A stretch of DNA of 64,000 nt from Candidatus Latescibacterota bacterium (GTDB taxonomy: Bacteria; Latescibacterota; UBA2968; UBA8231), in assembly GCA_965200315.1 (NCBI GenBank), contig OZ241362.1:2304001-2368000 (forward strand), in the 5' to 3' direction. Below, in pieces: positions 28,833 to 38,237 of the stretch. Position 1 is the stretch's first letter. Every line of letters starts with the position of its first letter. Position numbers and translations under genes: made by a program. The notes beneath the pieces are model-generated. The model ran no database searches. It had not been told where the DNA came from and was given only the letters and a program-made list of their open reading frames with translations.

Positions 28833-29372
28833 TCAAACCTGAAGAATGTTGACTTTCCCAAGCAACGCCTGATACGCCACCAGCGCACCGGCCACGTGTA
28901 CATTCATCGACGGCCCCTTGCCGTACATGGGGATATAGACCGCGCCATCGCACAGCGCCAAGGTCTGTCGATAGACGCCCTTGGTCTCGTTGCCGAGCAC
29001 CAAACACACTTTGTCCGGGAAATCGTATTCCAAATAGCACACGGCCCCCTGCACCATTTCCAACGCCACCAAGTGATACCCCTCGTCCCGCAGCGCGTTG
29101 GCCGCCTCGTCCATGCGCCCGATCCGCCGCCACGCTACCCGCCGCTCGTGGCCCCGCGCCGTGCGCTCAATATCTTCGTGCGGCGGCGCGGGCGTCACAC
29201 CCGTAAAAACCAACTCCCGCGCCCCGCACGCATCGGCAATGCGAAACATCGCGCCGACGTTGAGCGGATCTTCGACGCTCTGCAACAGAAAGGCCAGTTC
29301 CACTTTGGGCGGATAGCGCTGCGCCGCGTCCGCAAAGAGCCGCTTCACTTCAACTTTGCGCAAGGGGCGCAT
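28833..29372 (-). CDS. TrmH/SpoU family RNA methyltransferase
   Basis: DPLNVGAMFRIADA, LVLGNE..GV, IPMYG...SMNV. Confidence 0.9.
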   Translation of the reverse strand: MRPLRKVEVKRLFADAAQRYPPKVELAFLLQSVEDPLNVGAMFRIADACGARELVFTGVTPAPPHEDIERTARGHERRVAWRRIGRMDEAANALRDEGYHLVALEMVQGAVCYLEYDFPDKVCLVLGNETKGVYRQTLALCDGAVYIPMYGKGPSMNVHVAGALVAYQALLGKVNILQV

Positions 29373-29374
29373 CG

Positions 29375-30202
29375 TCAAAAGCGGATGGCCTTGTACTTCT
29401 TCACGTGCTCGGTAATGGCCACCTCCACCGGCAGCCGCTCCATGCTCGACGCGCCGTAGAAACCATCGACGCCCCGCGTGTTTTGCAACACGTACTCGGC
29501 GTCCTCCGGCTCTGAAATCGGCCCTCCGTGGCACAGCACAATCACCTCCTCGGACACCCCCCGCGCCGCGTCGCATATCGCCTGCACAAACCCCACCGAT
29601 TCCTCCAAAGTCAGAGCGGTCGTCGCGCCAATCGCACCCTTCGTAGTAAGCCCAGCATGCGCTACCACAATATCGGCACCGGCCGCCGCCATCTGCTCGC
29701 CCTCTTCGGGATTAAACGCATAAGGCGTTGTCAACAACCCCATCTCGTGCGCCGTGCGGATCATCTCCACCTCCTCCCTATACCCCATTCCGGTCTCCTC
29801 CAAGTTCTGCCGATACAACCCGTCAATCAGGCCCACGGTCGGAAAATTCTGCACGCCAGAAAACCCAATGGCCTCAACCTCGCGCAAGAAAACATCCATC
29901 TGCCGGAACGGATCTGTGCCGCACACGCCAGCTAACACCGGCGTATCCTCCACCACCGTTAGCACCTCCCCGGCCATGTCCATCACAATCTCATTCGCGT
30001 CCCCATACGGCATGGTACCAGCCAGCGACCCCCGGCCCGCCATGCGAAATCGCCCGGAATTGTAAATCACAATCAAGTCAACTCCGCCGGCCTCCTCGAA
30101 CTTCGCGCTGATCCCGGTCCCGGCTCCTGCGCCGATAAGGGGAACCCCAGCGGCGATGTTCTGCCGCAGCCTCGCGAGCACTTCTTCTCTTGTAAAAGCC
30201 AT
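29375..30202 (-). CDS. TIM-barrel signal transduction / PEP hydrolase-like protein
   Basis: [58 protein letters not shown]. Confidence 0.9.
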   Translation of the reverse strand: MAFTREEVLARLRQNIAAGVPLIGAGAGTGISAKFEEAGGVDLIVIYNSGRFRMAGRGSLAGTMPYGDANEIVMDMAGEVLTVVEDTPVLAGVCGTDPFRQMDVFLREVEAIGFSGVQNFPTVGLIDGLYRQNLEETGMGYREEVEMIRTAHEMGLLTTPYAFNPEEGEQMAAAGADIVVAHAGLTTKGAIGATTALTLEESVGFVQAICDAARGVSEEVIVLCHGGPISEPEDAEYVLQNTRGVDGFYGASSMERLPVEVAITEHVKKYKAIRF

Positions 30203-30208
30203 GGCCGC

Positions 30209-30622
30209 CTATCCGTTCAACGCCTTTTCTATCCGCACCCCCTCCATCTTCCGCAGCTCGGCTTCCGGCCCAAACGGCGCGTAGATGGCGATCAATTTCA
30301 TGGGGCCGTCCCCATCGTTGACCGTCGAGTGATACACGGCCGTCGGAATGTGTACCAGCTCCCCGGGGCCGATCTCCTTTTCCAGCGTACCCGACTCCAG
30401 CTCCACCGTCTGGATCCCGGTGCCTTCTATCACGTAGAGAATCTCCTCGCTATACGGATGGTTGTGGCGCACGTGGCCCTTGCCCGGTGCCAGATCCACC
30501 ACGCCGCAGCTAAAGTGCTCAGCCGCCGTAACCAGCGGCTCGGAAAGCCAGTTTAGCCGGCCCCAGTCAAAAACTTGAGTCTCTACGTCTGCACATTGTA
30601 CGAACGTCTTTTTCTCGCTCAT
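30209..30622 (-). CDS. Cupin domain protein
   Basis: GHVRHNHP.SEEILYV..G.G, IPTAVYHST.N; start overlaps the upstream stop. Confidence 0.88.
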   Translation of the reverse strand: MSEKKTFVQCADVETQVFDWGRLNWLSEPLVTAAEHFSCGVVDLAPGKGHVRHNHPYSEEILYVIEGTGIQTVELESGTLEKEIGPGELVHIPTAVYHSTVNDGDGPMKLIAIYAPFGPEAELRKMEGVRIEKALNG

Positions 30623-31851
30623 CACGCTCCTGCTTTCTCGGCAATTAGCTCCAGCAGCAGCGCGGTCGCCGCGGCTGCAAACGCTGGATCGTTGATGTTG
30701 TGATCGACTTCGCGGACGAGAATGCCTTCGTCCAAGTTGGCTTTGAGGGCGTCGCCAAAGGCGCGGTCGGCTGCGCGGTCGCAAAACAGCTCGCCATCGC
30801 CATCGAGGATCGACACGCCCCTGAGCGGAATGAGCACAGCGACCGGGCCTTGGGCCGCGTTGAGCTTTGCGGCAAATATCCGGCCCATCTGTGCATTCTC
30901 CTCGGCATTGGTGCGCATCAAGGTCACTTCTGGGTTCCACTCGTAAAAGAGCCGTGTGCCGTCTTTGTATTTTTGCGGCACCGCATCCATGCCGCCAAAA
31001 TTGGCCATATCCACGCAGCCGGGGACCACGAGCTGGGGCAAACCCGCTCGGCCCGCCGCGCTCAAGCGGTCTGGACCCGCACTGAAGACGCCGCCGCACA
31101 CTTCGTCGGCCCACTCGGTGGTGGTGATGTCCAGCACCGCATCCACCAAGCCCTCGTCAATGAGCGACTCCATGGTGCGGCCGCCGGTGCCCGTGGCGTG
31201 AAAGACCAAGACCTCGTACCCGCTCGCCGTTAGGGCCTCGCTGCACGAGTTTACGCATTCGGTGGTGTTGCCAAACATCGACGCCACGACAATCGGTTTG
31301 TCGTCGCCAGCCGGTGCTGGCTCGGCTTCGACCATGCCGCAGATCGCGCCAGCGGCTCGCGTAAAAATCACCCGCGAAATCCGATTGACCCCGGCCACAT
31401 CCACAATCGACGGAATGAGCACGACGTCCTTGCTGCCCACGTATGCTCCTGTATCGCCAGCCGCCACCGTCGAAACGCACACCTTGGGCACCCCTACCGG
31501 TAGAGCGCGCATAGCCGCGGTCACCACACTGCTGCCGCCGGACCCGCCCATGCCGACGATGCCGTCAAACCGGCCCTCGGCGTATCCTTGCGCCGCCACC
31601 TTGGCCGCGCCCTCACCTATAGCTTTCATGGCAGCACCGCGATCGCCAGCCGTGCGCAGCGACTCCAGCGATGCACCAGCGGCCGCGGCCACTTCGCTGG
31701 CATCCACGTCCACGGCAAAGGCTTCGCACCCCCCCATAACGCCCGTGTTTACCGACAGAACCTCGTGGCCGCGAGCCAAAATCTGCTCGCGCAAGAAGGC
31801 GTATTCCACGCCCTTGGTGTCAAACGCACCAACCATCATGATTGTAGACAT
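30622..31851 (-). CDS. Tm-1-like ATP-binding domain protein (UPF0261)
   Basis: FDTKGVE, GGSGG, LPVGVPK..VST, SMFGNTT, FHATG.GG..ME, D.TTTE.ADE, PG..DM.NF, TLMRT. Confidence 0.92.
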   Translation of the reverse strand: MSTIMMVGAFDTKGVEYAFLREQILARGHEVLSVNTGVMGGCEAFAVDVDASEVAAAAGASLESLRTAGDRGAAMKAIGEGAAKVAAQGYAEGRFDGIVGMGGSGGSSVVTAAMRALPVGVPKVCVSTVAAGDTGAYVGSKDVVLIPSIVDVAGVNRISRVIFTRAAGAICGMVEAEPAPAGDDKPIVVASMFGNTTECVNSCSEALTASGYEVLVFHATGTGGRTMESLIDEGLVDAVLDITTTEWADEVCGGVFSAGPDRLSAAGRAGLPQLVVPGCVDMANFGGMDAVPQKYKDGTRLFYEWNPEVTLMRTNAEENAQMGRIFAAKLNAAQGPVAVLIPLRGVSILDGDGELFCDRAADRAFGDALKANLDEGILVREVDHNINDPAFAAAATALLLELIAEKAGA

Positions 31852-31868
31852 AACGCTTTCCTTTTAGG

Positions 31869-31962
31869 AGTGGTCAGTGATCAGTGACCAGTGGTCAGTC
31901 CCTGCCTCCCTACCCATAGGGCGCAGTGGGGACTGATCACCGACCACCGACCACCGACCACT
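31869..31962 (-). repeat. Long hairpin built from inverted 7-mer tandem arrays
   Basis: (AGTGRYC)x4-AGTCCC ... GGGACT-(GAYCACY)x4. Confidence 0.8.
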
Positions 31963-31965
31963 GTT

Positions 31966-34194
31966 CTATCGCCATCGCCGCAACCGGCGGGCATTCATCA
32001 CCACCGACACCGATGAAAAGGCCATCGCAAGGCTCGCCAGCATTGGGTTGAGCAGCGGGCCGCCGAATAGGTAAAGTGCGCCCGCGGCCACCGGAATACC
32101 CGCGGCGTTGTAAAAAAACGCCCAGAACAAATTCTGCTTTATGGTCCGCACAACCGCTCGGCTCAGCTCAATGGCCCGCGCCACATCCGCCAACCGGCTG
32201 TGCATGAGTACCACCGGGGCCGACGCGGCCGCCACATCCGTTCCAGTGGCAAAGGCCATGCCCACATCGGCGGCGGCCAGCGCGGGCGCGTCGTTGATCC
32301 CGTCGCCGACCATGGCCACGCAGCGGCCCTCGGCCTGCAACGCCTGCACGGCTGCAGCCTTATCTGCGGGTAAGACCTCGGCGAGCACGGTCTCAATCCC
32401 CACTTGACGCGCCACCGCCTCAGCAGCCGGACGGCTGTCGCCCGTGAGCATCACCACCTCCAAGCCGCCTTGACGCAGCCGAGCCACGTCGTCTTTGCTC
32501 TGCGGGCGAGGACGGTCGGCCAAAGACACGCGGCCGACCAATGCGCCCGCCGCCGCGACCCACGCGACGGTGGCAGCCGCCGGGCCGCTGTCCTCGTCTA
32601 CGCGAACTCCCTCCGCCGCCATCATGGCGCGATTGCCCACCACCACGTCCTCGCCCTCCACTGCGGCCTGCGCCCCTTTGCCCGGACTCGCCACAACATC
32701 GGTAGCCTCCGGCACGGCAAGGCCCCGCTCGGCCGCGGCCGCCACAATCGCCGCGGCCAGCGGATGCTCCGAGCCGCGCTCCACGGCCGCGGCCAAGCGC
32801 AGCACTTCGTCGGCACGGCGTCCGTTTAAGGGCTCTACCGCCACGACCTGCGGCCGCCCCTCGGTGATCGTGCCGGTTTTGTCCAGCACCACGGCATCTA
32901 CTTTGTGCGCTGTTTCCAGGACTTCTGGGCTTTTGAACAGGATGCCTAAATGCGCGCCGCGTCCTGTGCCGACCATGATGGCGGCTGGCGTGGCCAAGCC
33001 CAAGCTGCACGGGCAGGCGATGATCAACACGGCCACGAAGACCTGCAACGCAAAGCTCAGTCCCTCCCCGGCCCACAGCCAACCCGCCGCGGCCACCGCG
33101 CCTAGCACCAATACGGCCGGCACGAAATACCCGGCAACGACATCGGCTAGGCGGGCAATCGGCGCTTTGCCCGCCTGCGCGGCTTCGACTAAGCGCACCA
33201 TTTGCATCAGCAGCGCATCTCCGGCCACGCGCGTTGCACGCACCATGAGCGCACCCGCGCCATTGAGGCTGCCGCCGGTCACAGCATCGCCCGGTGCCTT
33301 GACCACGGGCAGCGACTCGCCGGTCAGCAGCGACTCATCCACCGTAGAACTTCCTTCGACGACTTCGCCATCGGCTGGAATGCGCTCGCCCGGGCGCACC
33401 CGCAAGCAGTCGCCCACCTCGATAGCGTCAGCCACAATTTCTCGCTCCCCATCGCCCGTCACCAGCGCGGCCTTGTCGGGTTTGAGCTTCAGCAGCACCC
33501 CTATAGCCTCCTCGGCCCGCAACCGCGAGCGCGCTTCGAGATAGCGGCCCATCAGCATGAAGGTGAGGATCGTCGCAACCGACGGGAAATAGGAATCAAA
33601 CGCCGCAGCCGCACCCACGGCGACGGCCCCTAAGCCCCAAGTGCTGTAGAGCCACGCCGCAGCCGTGCCAATGGCGATGAGCGAAAACATGTTGGGTCGG
33701 CCGCGCCACAGAGCTTGTCCGCCCTCGGCGTAGATCTGGCGGCCAATCCACATCACTGGCAGTGCAAATAGCAAGTGCAGACCGCCCACCCGCAGCGGAT
33801 GCTGGGCCAAGGACAGCACCTCGGCAATAGGTGCGGCCATCTGCTCGGCCATCTCCACCGCAAAGAGCGGCAGCCAAAACGCAACCGCCCAGCGAAAGGC
33901 ACCCGCTTGCTCAGCCAGTGCGGCCCGCTTGCGCTCCTGCCGCCTAGCCGCGCCTTCGGCTTCGGGCACTTGCACCCGTGCCCGGAACCCCGCTTCTGCC
34001 ACAGCCGCTGCAATGCTTTCCTCATCTATAGCCGCCGGATCAAAGCGCACGGCCATCTGCTCGGTCGCCAAGTTGACGTCAGCTACTTCAACGCCAGCCA
34101 AGCCGGACACCTGCTGCTCGACCTGCCGCACACAGCCAGCGCAGTGCATGCCCTCAATGGCGAAATGTTGTTTCTTGCGATCACTTTCTGTCAT
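31966..34194 (-). CDS. copA: Copper-translocating P1B-1 type ATPase
   Basis: [56 protein letters not shown]. Confidence 0.93.
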   Translation of the reverse strand: MTESDRKKQHFAIEGMHCAGCVRQVEQQVSGLAGVEVADVNLATEQMAVRFDPAAIDEESIAAAVAEAGFRARVQVPEAEGAARRQERKRAALAEQAGAFRWAVAFWLPLFAVEMAEQMAAPIAEVLSLAQHPLRVGGLHLLFALPVMWIGRQIYAEGGQALWRGRPNMFSLIAIGTAAAWLYSTWGLGAVAVGAAAAFDSYFPSVATILTFMLMGRYLEARSRLRAEEAIGVLLKLKPDKAALVTGDGEREIVADAIEVGDCLRVRPGERIPADGEVVEGSSTVDESLLTGESLPVVKAPGDAVTGGSLNGAGALMVRATRVAGDALLMQMVRLVEAAQAGKAPIARLADVVAGYFVPAVLVLGAVAAAGWLWAGEGLSFALQVFVAVLIIACPCSLGLATPAAIMVGTGRGAHLGILFKSPEVLETAHKVDAVVLDKTGTITEGRPQVVAVEPLNGRRADEVLRLAAAVERGSEHPLAAAIVAAAAERGLAVPEATDVVASPGKGAQAAVEGEDVVVGNRAMMAAEGVRVDEDSGPAAATVAWVAAAGALVGRVSLADRPRPQSKDDVARLRQGGLEVVMLTGDSRPAAEAVARQVGIETVLAEVLPADKAAAVQALQAEGRCVAMVGDGINDAPALAAADVGMAFATGTDVAAASAPVVLMHSRLADVARAIELSRAVVRTIKQNLFWAFFYNAAGIPVAAGALYLFGGPLLNPMLASLAMAFSSVSVVMNARRLRRWR

Positions 34195-34505
34195 CTGAGT
34201 TTCTCTATGATCCTGAAGATCCAAGCCTTCAGGTTTTAGATAGAAGAAAGGCTTTTAAGCACAACGCAAAGCCGTGCGAATAGGAGCACAAACTATCCAT
34301 TTCACTTGATCTACATTTTTCACTGGACACAGTAATCCACTTCCTTGCTCTTTAGTGGACTGTAGTTCCAAAGAGACACAAGAAGGTAAATTAGATTTCG
34401 ATTTTTATTGGGAATTTACACAAAATAAAAACGAGAAGAGCCACAGAAGACACCGCCCATTAGGCGATAGCCCACATTGGCAGAGCAACACAATAGGCCG
34501 CTAAG

Positions 34506-37076
34506 CTAATTTTGTTCGGTATATACCTTGAGTTCCGACGTTAATTTAATCAGGCGCTCCGTATCTTTAAGGATATATTCTAGTTCTTCTGATTCATATA
34601 AGTGTAAGCGAGCGTGAGCCACTTCGTTACGTTCCGGCAAGATAAGATTCAAAAGCGGCACGATCCTTTTATGTATGCTTCTATGTTTATTTTCTACCTT
34701 ATTCATTATTTCCTTTCTACAGCATAAAAAAACATCCCGGAGTTCCGACAAGGTCGAATAATCAATAAGACTTCCTTTTCTTGTACCCGCGTCAACTCTC
34801 CTATTTTCCCATTTTGTTATCAACCCCTCTATGTTTCTCCTTTTCAGAATATCCGGAAGGCATGCGTCATTGTTTTCTAGAGACCACATCACTAATTTTC
34901 GTACCTCAACCTCACCATTTCTCAGGTTTTCAACAATCATATTTATCGTTTCATCTCTTTCCTCACCCTCTATCTCCTTCTTGGCTTTCTGATATAAATC
35001 ATTGCACGTCTGATCTTCAAATTCATCCCCTTTATGATTTTTAAATTGGTCAATTATAGACTTATACTCTCCTTTCTGATTATAACAATGAAGTAAAATA
35101 CGCAAAGCACTTTTCCGGTCTTCCTGCCTATTGGTCTGACCTGCTAAAAGAGCCAGTATTTTATTTGCTTCCTTCTTCGCAGCGTCGTAATCTTTGTTTT
35201 GAAATAGTTGATTCGTATATCTTGTACTGACTGTGTTAATCATATCATCTTTTAGTAGAGTGGCTTTTTTCTCAAAATCCTTGAATTTTTCACATCCGTT
35301 TTCACGTAATACTCGCGTAGCCTTACTCAAAGTGTTAACCAACTTCTCTTTGTTTTCCTCCACTTCAAAGAGTTTATAAATGATAAAAATGTACTCTTTA
35401 AAGTCCCCTAGCTTCGCAAATTCATATTCTATTTTTTCCCACGCGTCTAACAAAGACAAAACATCGGGCGATCTTCCATCCCTCAAGTATGAGACCATCT
35501 CTCTTTTTGCTGTCTCTCTTAACGTGTCTAATGCATTCGGACTCTTTCTTGAATTCATGAATCTCAAGATTTTTAGCTTTTGGATAAGTATTGAGACATT
35601 TTGTCTTGTCTTTGTCAACGCTAAATCTGCTGTTCGTATAGCAATGTTATAATTTTCTGTGCTATCTTCCATAGTAATCCAATCAGACCATACTCTAACA
35701 TTACTAGGAGAAAGATCAGTTGCCTTTTGGAAGCTATCCCTTGCATGGCGATACTCGTGTAAAGTCCATTGTATCTTACCGAGTTCATAATGCAACCGAT
35801 AGTCTTCTTCATAAATTTCAAGTCCATCCATTAAGGTATTTTTTGCTTTATAAGAGTCGTTTTCATCCCAATATTTTCGAGCTGTACGCAGGAATAAACC
35901 TGCTCCTGTTGCTGCTGTCTCATCTCTCGTTGTATCTACTAAATCTCTCCATTTACCAACTACGTCATCCTCATTTTTACTATATTCGTCGTAATGGTTT
36001 TTAGCAAAACTAATTGCCATTGGAGAGATTCGATAGGTATTTCCACCGCCTCCATCAAGAAGGTTGTTTTCTTTAAGATCATCAAGGATATTCTCCAGTT
36101 CCCTCTTGCTTTTAGATGTTATATTCATCAATGCGTCTAGCGAAACACTAGGATCACTTTTATGTTTATTACTCTCTAAAATCGCCACTGTTACAAATAT
36201 CTCTTGGTGCGCAGGATCCAGATCCTCATACATGTCCCTAAACAAAAATTGAATTATCTGGGACAATTTCTCCTGATTTTTCTCATCGCCCGCATCATCT
36301 TCCAGTTCTGGATAGCCATCGAGTTGTCTATGAATATCTCCTCGTGTTTTCCCACTAGCCAATTGTCCAACAATGAACTCAATACCAAGCGGAATTCTTT
36401 GAACCCTTTCTACCAGAATCATATTTCGATTCGCATCTGTTCTCAAGATATCGGCTGCATCGTGGTGTTCGGCTTTATACTTAAGCATAGATAGAGCATC
36501 TTCGATTTCAAGACCTTCTATATTGATCGGAAAGTCCCCAATCTTTCTACGCTTTCTGCTAGTAGTGAGAACTTTTAGATTCCGGTTATAGCCAGCGAAT
36601 TGGTTGATTTCATTCATGATATATAAAAAAAACTCCTCATCCTCGACATTCTCTAAGTTATCCAGCACTAAGAACACTGGCTCCTCTTGGAGAATATCTC
36701 CGCATTCTCCTTTCTTATAATCCAAGTCTCTTTCTATCAGTTCTTCAAAACCAACCACACTGAGAAGAGAGTCAAATAGCGTATTGATACCTTGAAAGTT
36801 AGGATCAATTAACGTAGCTTGGGCACTGAAGGGATCAAAAAATGTTGTCTTAGACGATATCCACACTAGATAATCGAATCTACCGCCACCAAGTATGTTT
36901 TCTTGGCAAAAATGATACGCTAACGCCGTTTTACCTATACCTCCAACCCCATCAATAGATGCGATAAAGGTTCCACCATCTAGGAGTTGTTTCTTTATTT
37001 CTTTGACCGAGTCTTTTCGACCAAAAAATTTTTTGTACGGTTGTTCGGGAAGATTGTTCGCAGCCATAGTTGACAT
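34506..37076 (-). CDS. STAND (NB-ARC-like) NTPase - winged helix - TPR - C-terminal Swt1-like HEPN protein; candidate defence gene
   Basis: NNLP..FFGR, Walker A GVGGIGKT, Walker B FLVLDNLE, VLTTSR, RIPLGI; TPRs; C-terminal E.EVRKLV...LIDYSTLSEL...RNEVAH. Markedly AT-rich versus flanks. Confidence 0.8.
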   Translation of the reverse strand: MSTMAANNLPEQPYKKFFGRKDSVKEIKKQLLDGGTFIASIDGVGGIGKTALAYHFCQENILGGGRFDYLVWISSKTTFFDPFSAQATLIDPNFQGINTLFDSLLSVVGFEELIERDLDYKKGECGDILQEEPVFLVLDNLENVEDEEFFLYIMNEINQFAGYNRNLKVLTTSRKRRKIGDFPINIEGLEIEDALSMLKYKAEHHDAADILRTDANRNMILVERVQRIPLGIEFIVGQLASGKTRGDIHRQLDGYPELEDDAGDEKNQEKLSQIIQFLFRDMYEDLDPAHQEIFVTVAILESNKHKSDPSVSLDALMNITSKSKRELENILDDLKENNLLDGGGGNTYRISPMAISFAKNHYDEYSKNEDDVVGKWRDLVDTTRDETAATGAGLFLRTARKYWDENDSYKAKNTLMDGLEIYEEDYRLHYELGKIQWTLHEYRHARDSFQKATDLSPSNVRVWSDWITMEDSTENYNIAIRTADLALTKTRQNVSILIQKLKILRFMNSRKSPNALDTLRETAKREMVSYLRDGRSPDVLSLLDAWEKIEYEFAKLGDFKEYIFIIYKLFEVEENKEKLVNTLSKATRVLRENGCEKFKDFEKKATLLKDDMINTVSTRYTNQLFQNKDYDAAKKEANKILALLAGQTNRQEDRKSALRILLHCYNQKGEYKSIIDQFKNHKGDEFEDQTCNDLYQKAKKEIEGEERDETINMIVENLRNGEVEVRKLVMWSLENNDACLPDILKRRNIEGLITKWENRRVDAGTRKGSLIDYSTLSELRDVFLCCRKEIMNKVENKHRSIHKRIVPLLNLILPERNEVAHARLHLYESEELEYILKDTERLIKLTSELKVYTEQN

Positions 37077-37461
37077 CGTGTTGTAGCTCTATTTGAGAAA
37101 ACCTCAATTGCACACTAGCTCAGCGACGTCGAAATCGTCGCCGAACCAGAAGCGATCTGGATCTGCACATTGATCGGCGGCGAGGCTGTTCTTAATGCCG
37201 TCGTCTTCTTAAGTAATAGCCAAAACCATCGGCACCGCGATTTCAGCTATCGTCGAAAGACAATGAAAGAAACAGCCTATAGTAAGTCAAGCAGATTTTT
37301 GACGCTTGCAAAGGGGGGAAACGGCATGGTCCGCCCTTACCTTCAGCTAAGGCCACGCCGGCGAATTTCGCGCAGCGCAGCGGCAAACCCAACCCCATGA
37401 CGGTGGTTTTCAATGCCATCATGGGATTGAAAAATTGCCACGCCAAGCTATCCGATCTACT

Positions 37462-37905
37462 TCAGTCGAGCGCACCAATCAGTTTCTTGATCTGCCCCCA
37501 AGTCGTTTCCTCAACCGCCGTGTCTGGCGGTGGCAGCGGCGGGGTGCTCGTTGGATCGCCGGGGTGAAACGTTTCGCCTTCTGGATTGGCATCGCCCGCC
37601 ACCCAAGTGCCGTCGGGGTCGCCCAGCTCCAAGCCATTGGATGCTCCGTCGCCATCGGAGTCCAAAGCCGCTAGCTCTGGGCCCCAAATCACTTCACCGG
37701 ATGCACCTGCTGAGGTGAGAAAGTTGGTGTTGATCGCCAAGCCAAACGGATTGAGCGGCGAGCCACCACCAGCCGTGTGGCAGGTATTGCAGCTCAGCGC
37801 AGAGCCGTTGGGAACCTGCCGTACGCGCTTGCTGCGTGCGTTGGCCTCATCGGCAACTACGCCCCCTAAAAAGAGCACTGCTACCAACAAAATTCGCAAA
37901 GTCAT
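37462..37905 (-). CDS. Small secreted temptin-like protein with CxxCH heme-c motif and TAVEETTWGQIK tail
   Basis: AAGGAG RBS, signal peptide, QVPNG, CNTCH, GGGSPLNPFG, W..EL..LDSDGDG.SNG.ELGDP..W, HPG. Confidence 0.75.
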   Translation of the reverse strand: MTLRILLVAVLFLGGVVADEANARSKRVRQVPNGSALSCNTCHTAGGGSPLNPFGLAINTNFLTSAGASGEVIWGPELAALDSDGDGASNGLELGDPDGTWVAGDANPEGETFHPGDPTSTPPLPPPDTAVEETTWGQIKKLIGALD

Positions 37906-37984
37906 GGAAAATCTCCTTTCCTCGATATGCGCCGCGAAATATGCCACTTTATTAGAGGCCCTAACAAAACCCGCTGGGCACTTG

Positions 37985-38009
37985 CTGGGAGCGCGGGCGT
38001 CTCGCCCGC
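37985..38009 (+). repeat. REP-like palindrome, copy 1
   Basis: CTGGGAGC-GCGGGC-GTCTC-GCCCGC. Confidence 0.75.
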
Positions 38010-38021
38010 CTGGTGTCATTC

Positions 38022-38046
38022 ATTCCCGCGCTCCGCAAGCGGGAAT
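38022..38046. repeat. ATTCCCGC...GCGGGAAT palindromic element (dRS3/RPE-like)
   Basis: 8-bp inverted arms ATTCCCGC/GCGGGAAT followed by CCA. Confidence 0.55.
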
Positions 38047-38178
38047 CCAATTTGGTTACAGTCTTTTAGAACATGTCCACGTTTAGCACTGCAAGTCAAC
38101 ACAAGCCCCTCGCCTCACACCGCCAAATATGGCATATTTTTTGATAAGCGTTCGCAAAATTCCACCGGCTCCCATCTG

Positions 38179-38203
38179 CTGGGAACGAGGGCGTCTCGCC
38201 CTC
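38179..38203 (+). repeat. REP-like palindrome, copy 2
   Basis: CTGGGAAC-GAGGGC-GTCTC-GCCCTC (compensatory stem change). Confidence 0.75.
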
Positions 38204-38237
38204 AATCTCCAAGTCCACTCCACAGGAGGCAACGCTC

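Noticed and set aside
37243-37446. 67-aa ORF upstream of the STAND gene as a partner
   Set aside because: No clear RBS or motif; cannot be supported.
37950-38070. Degenerate MITE enclosing the REP and palindrome
   Set aside because: Putative ends match only about 12/18; too weak.
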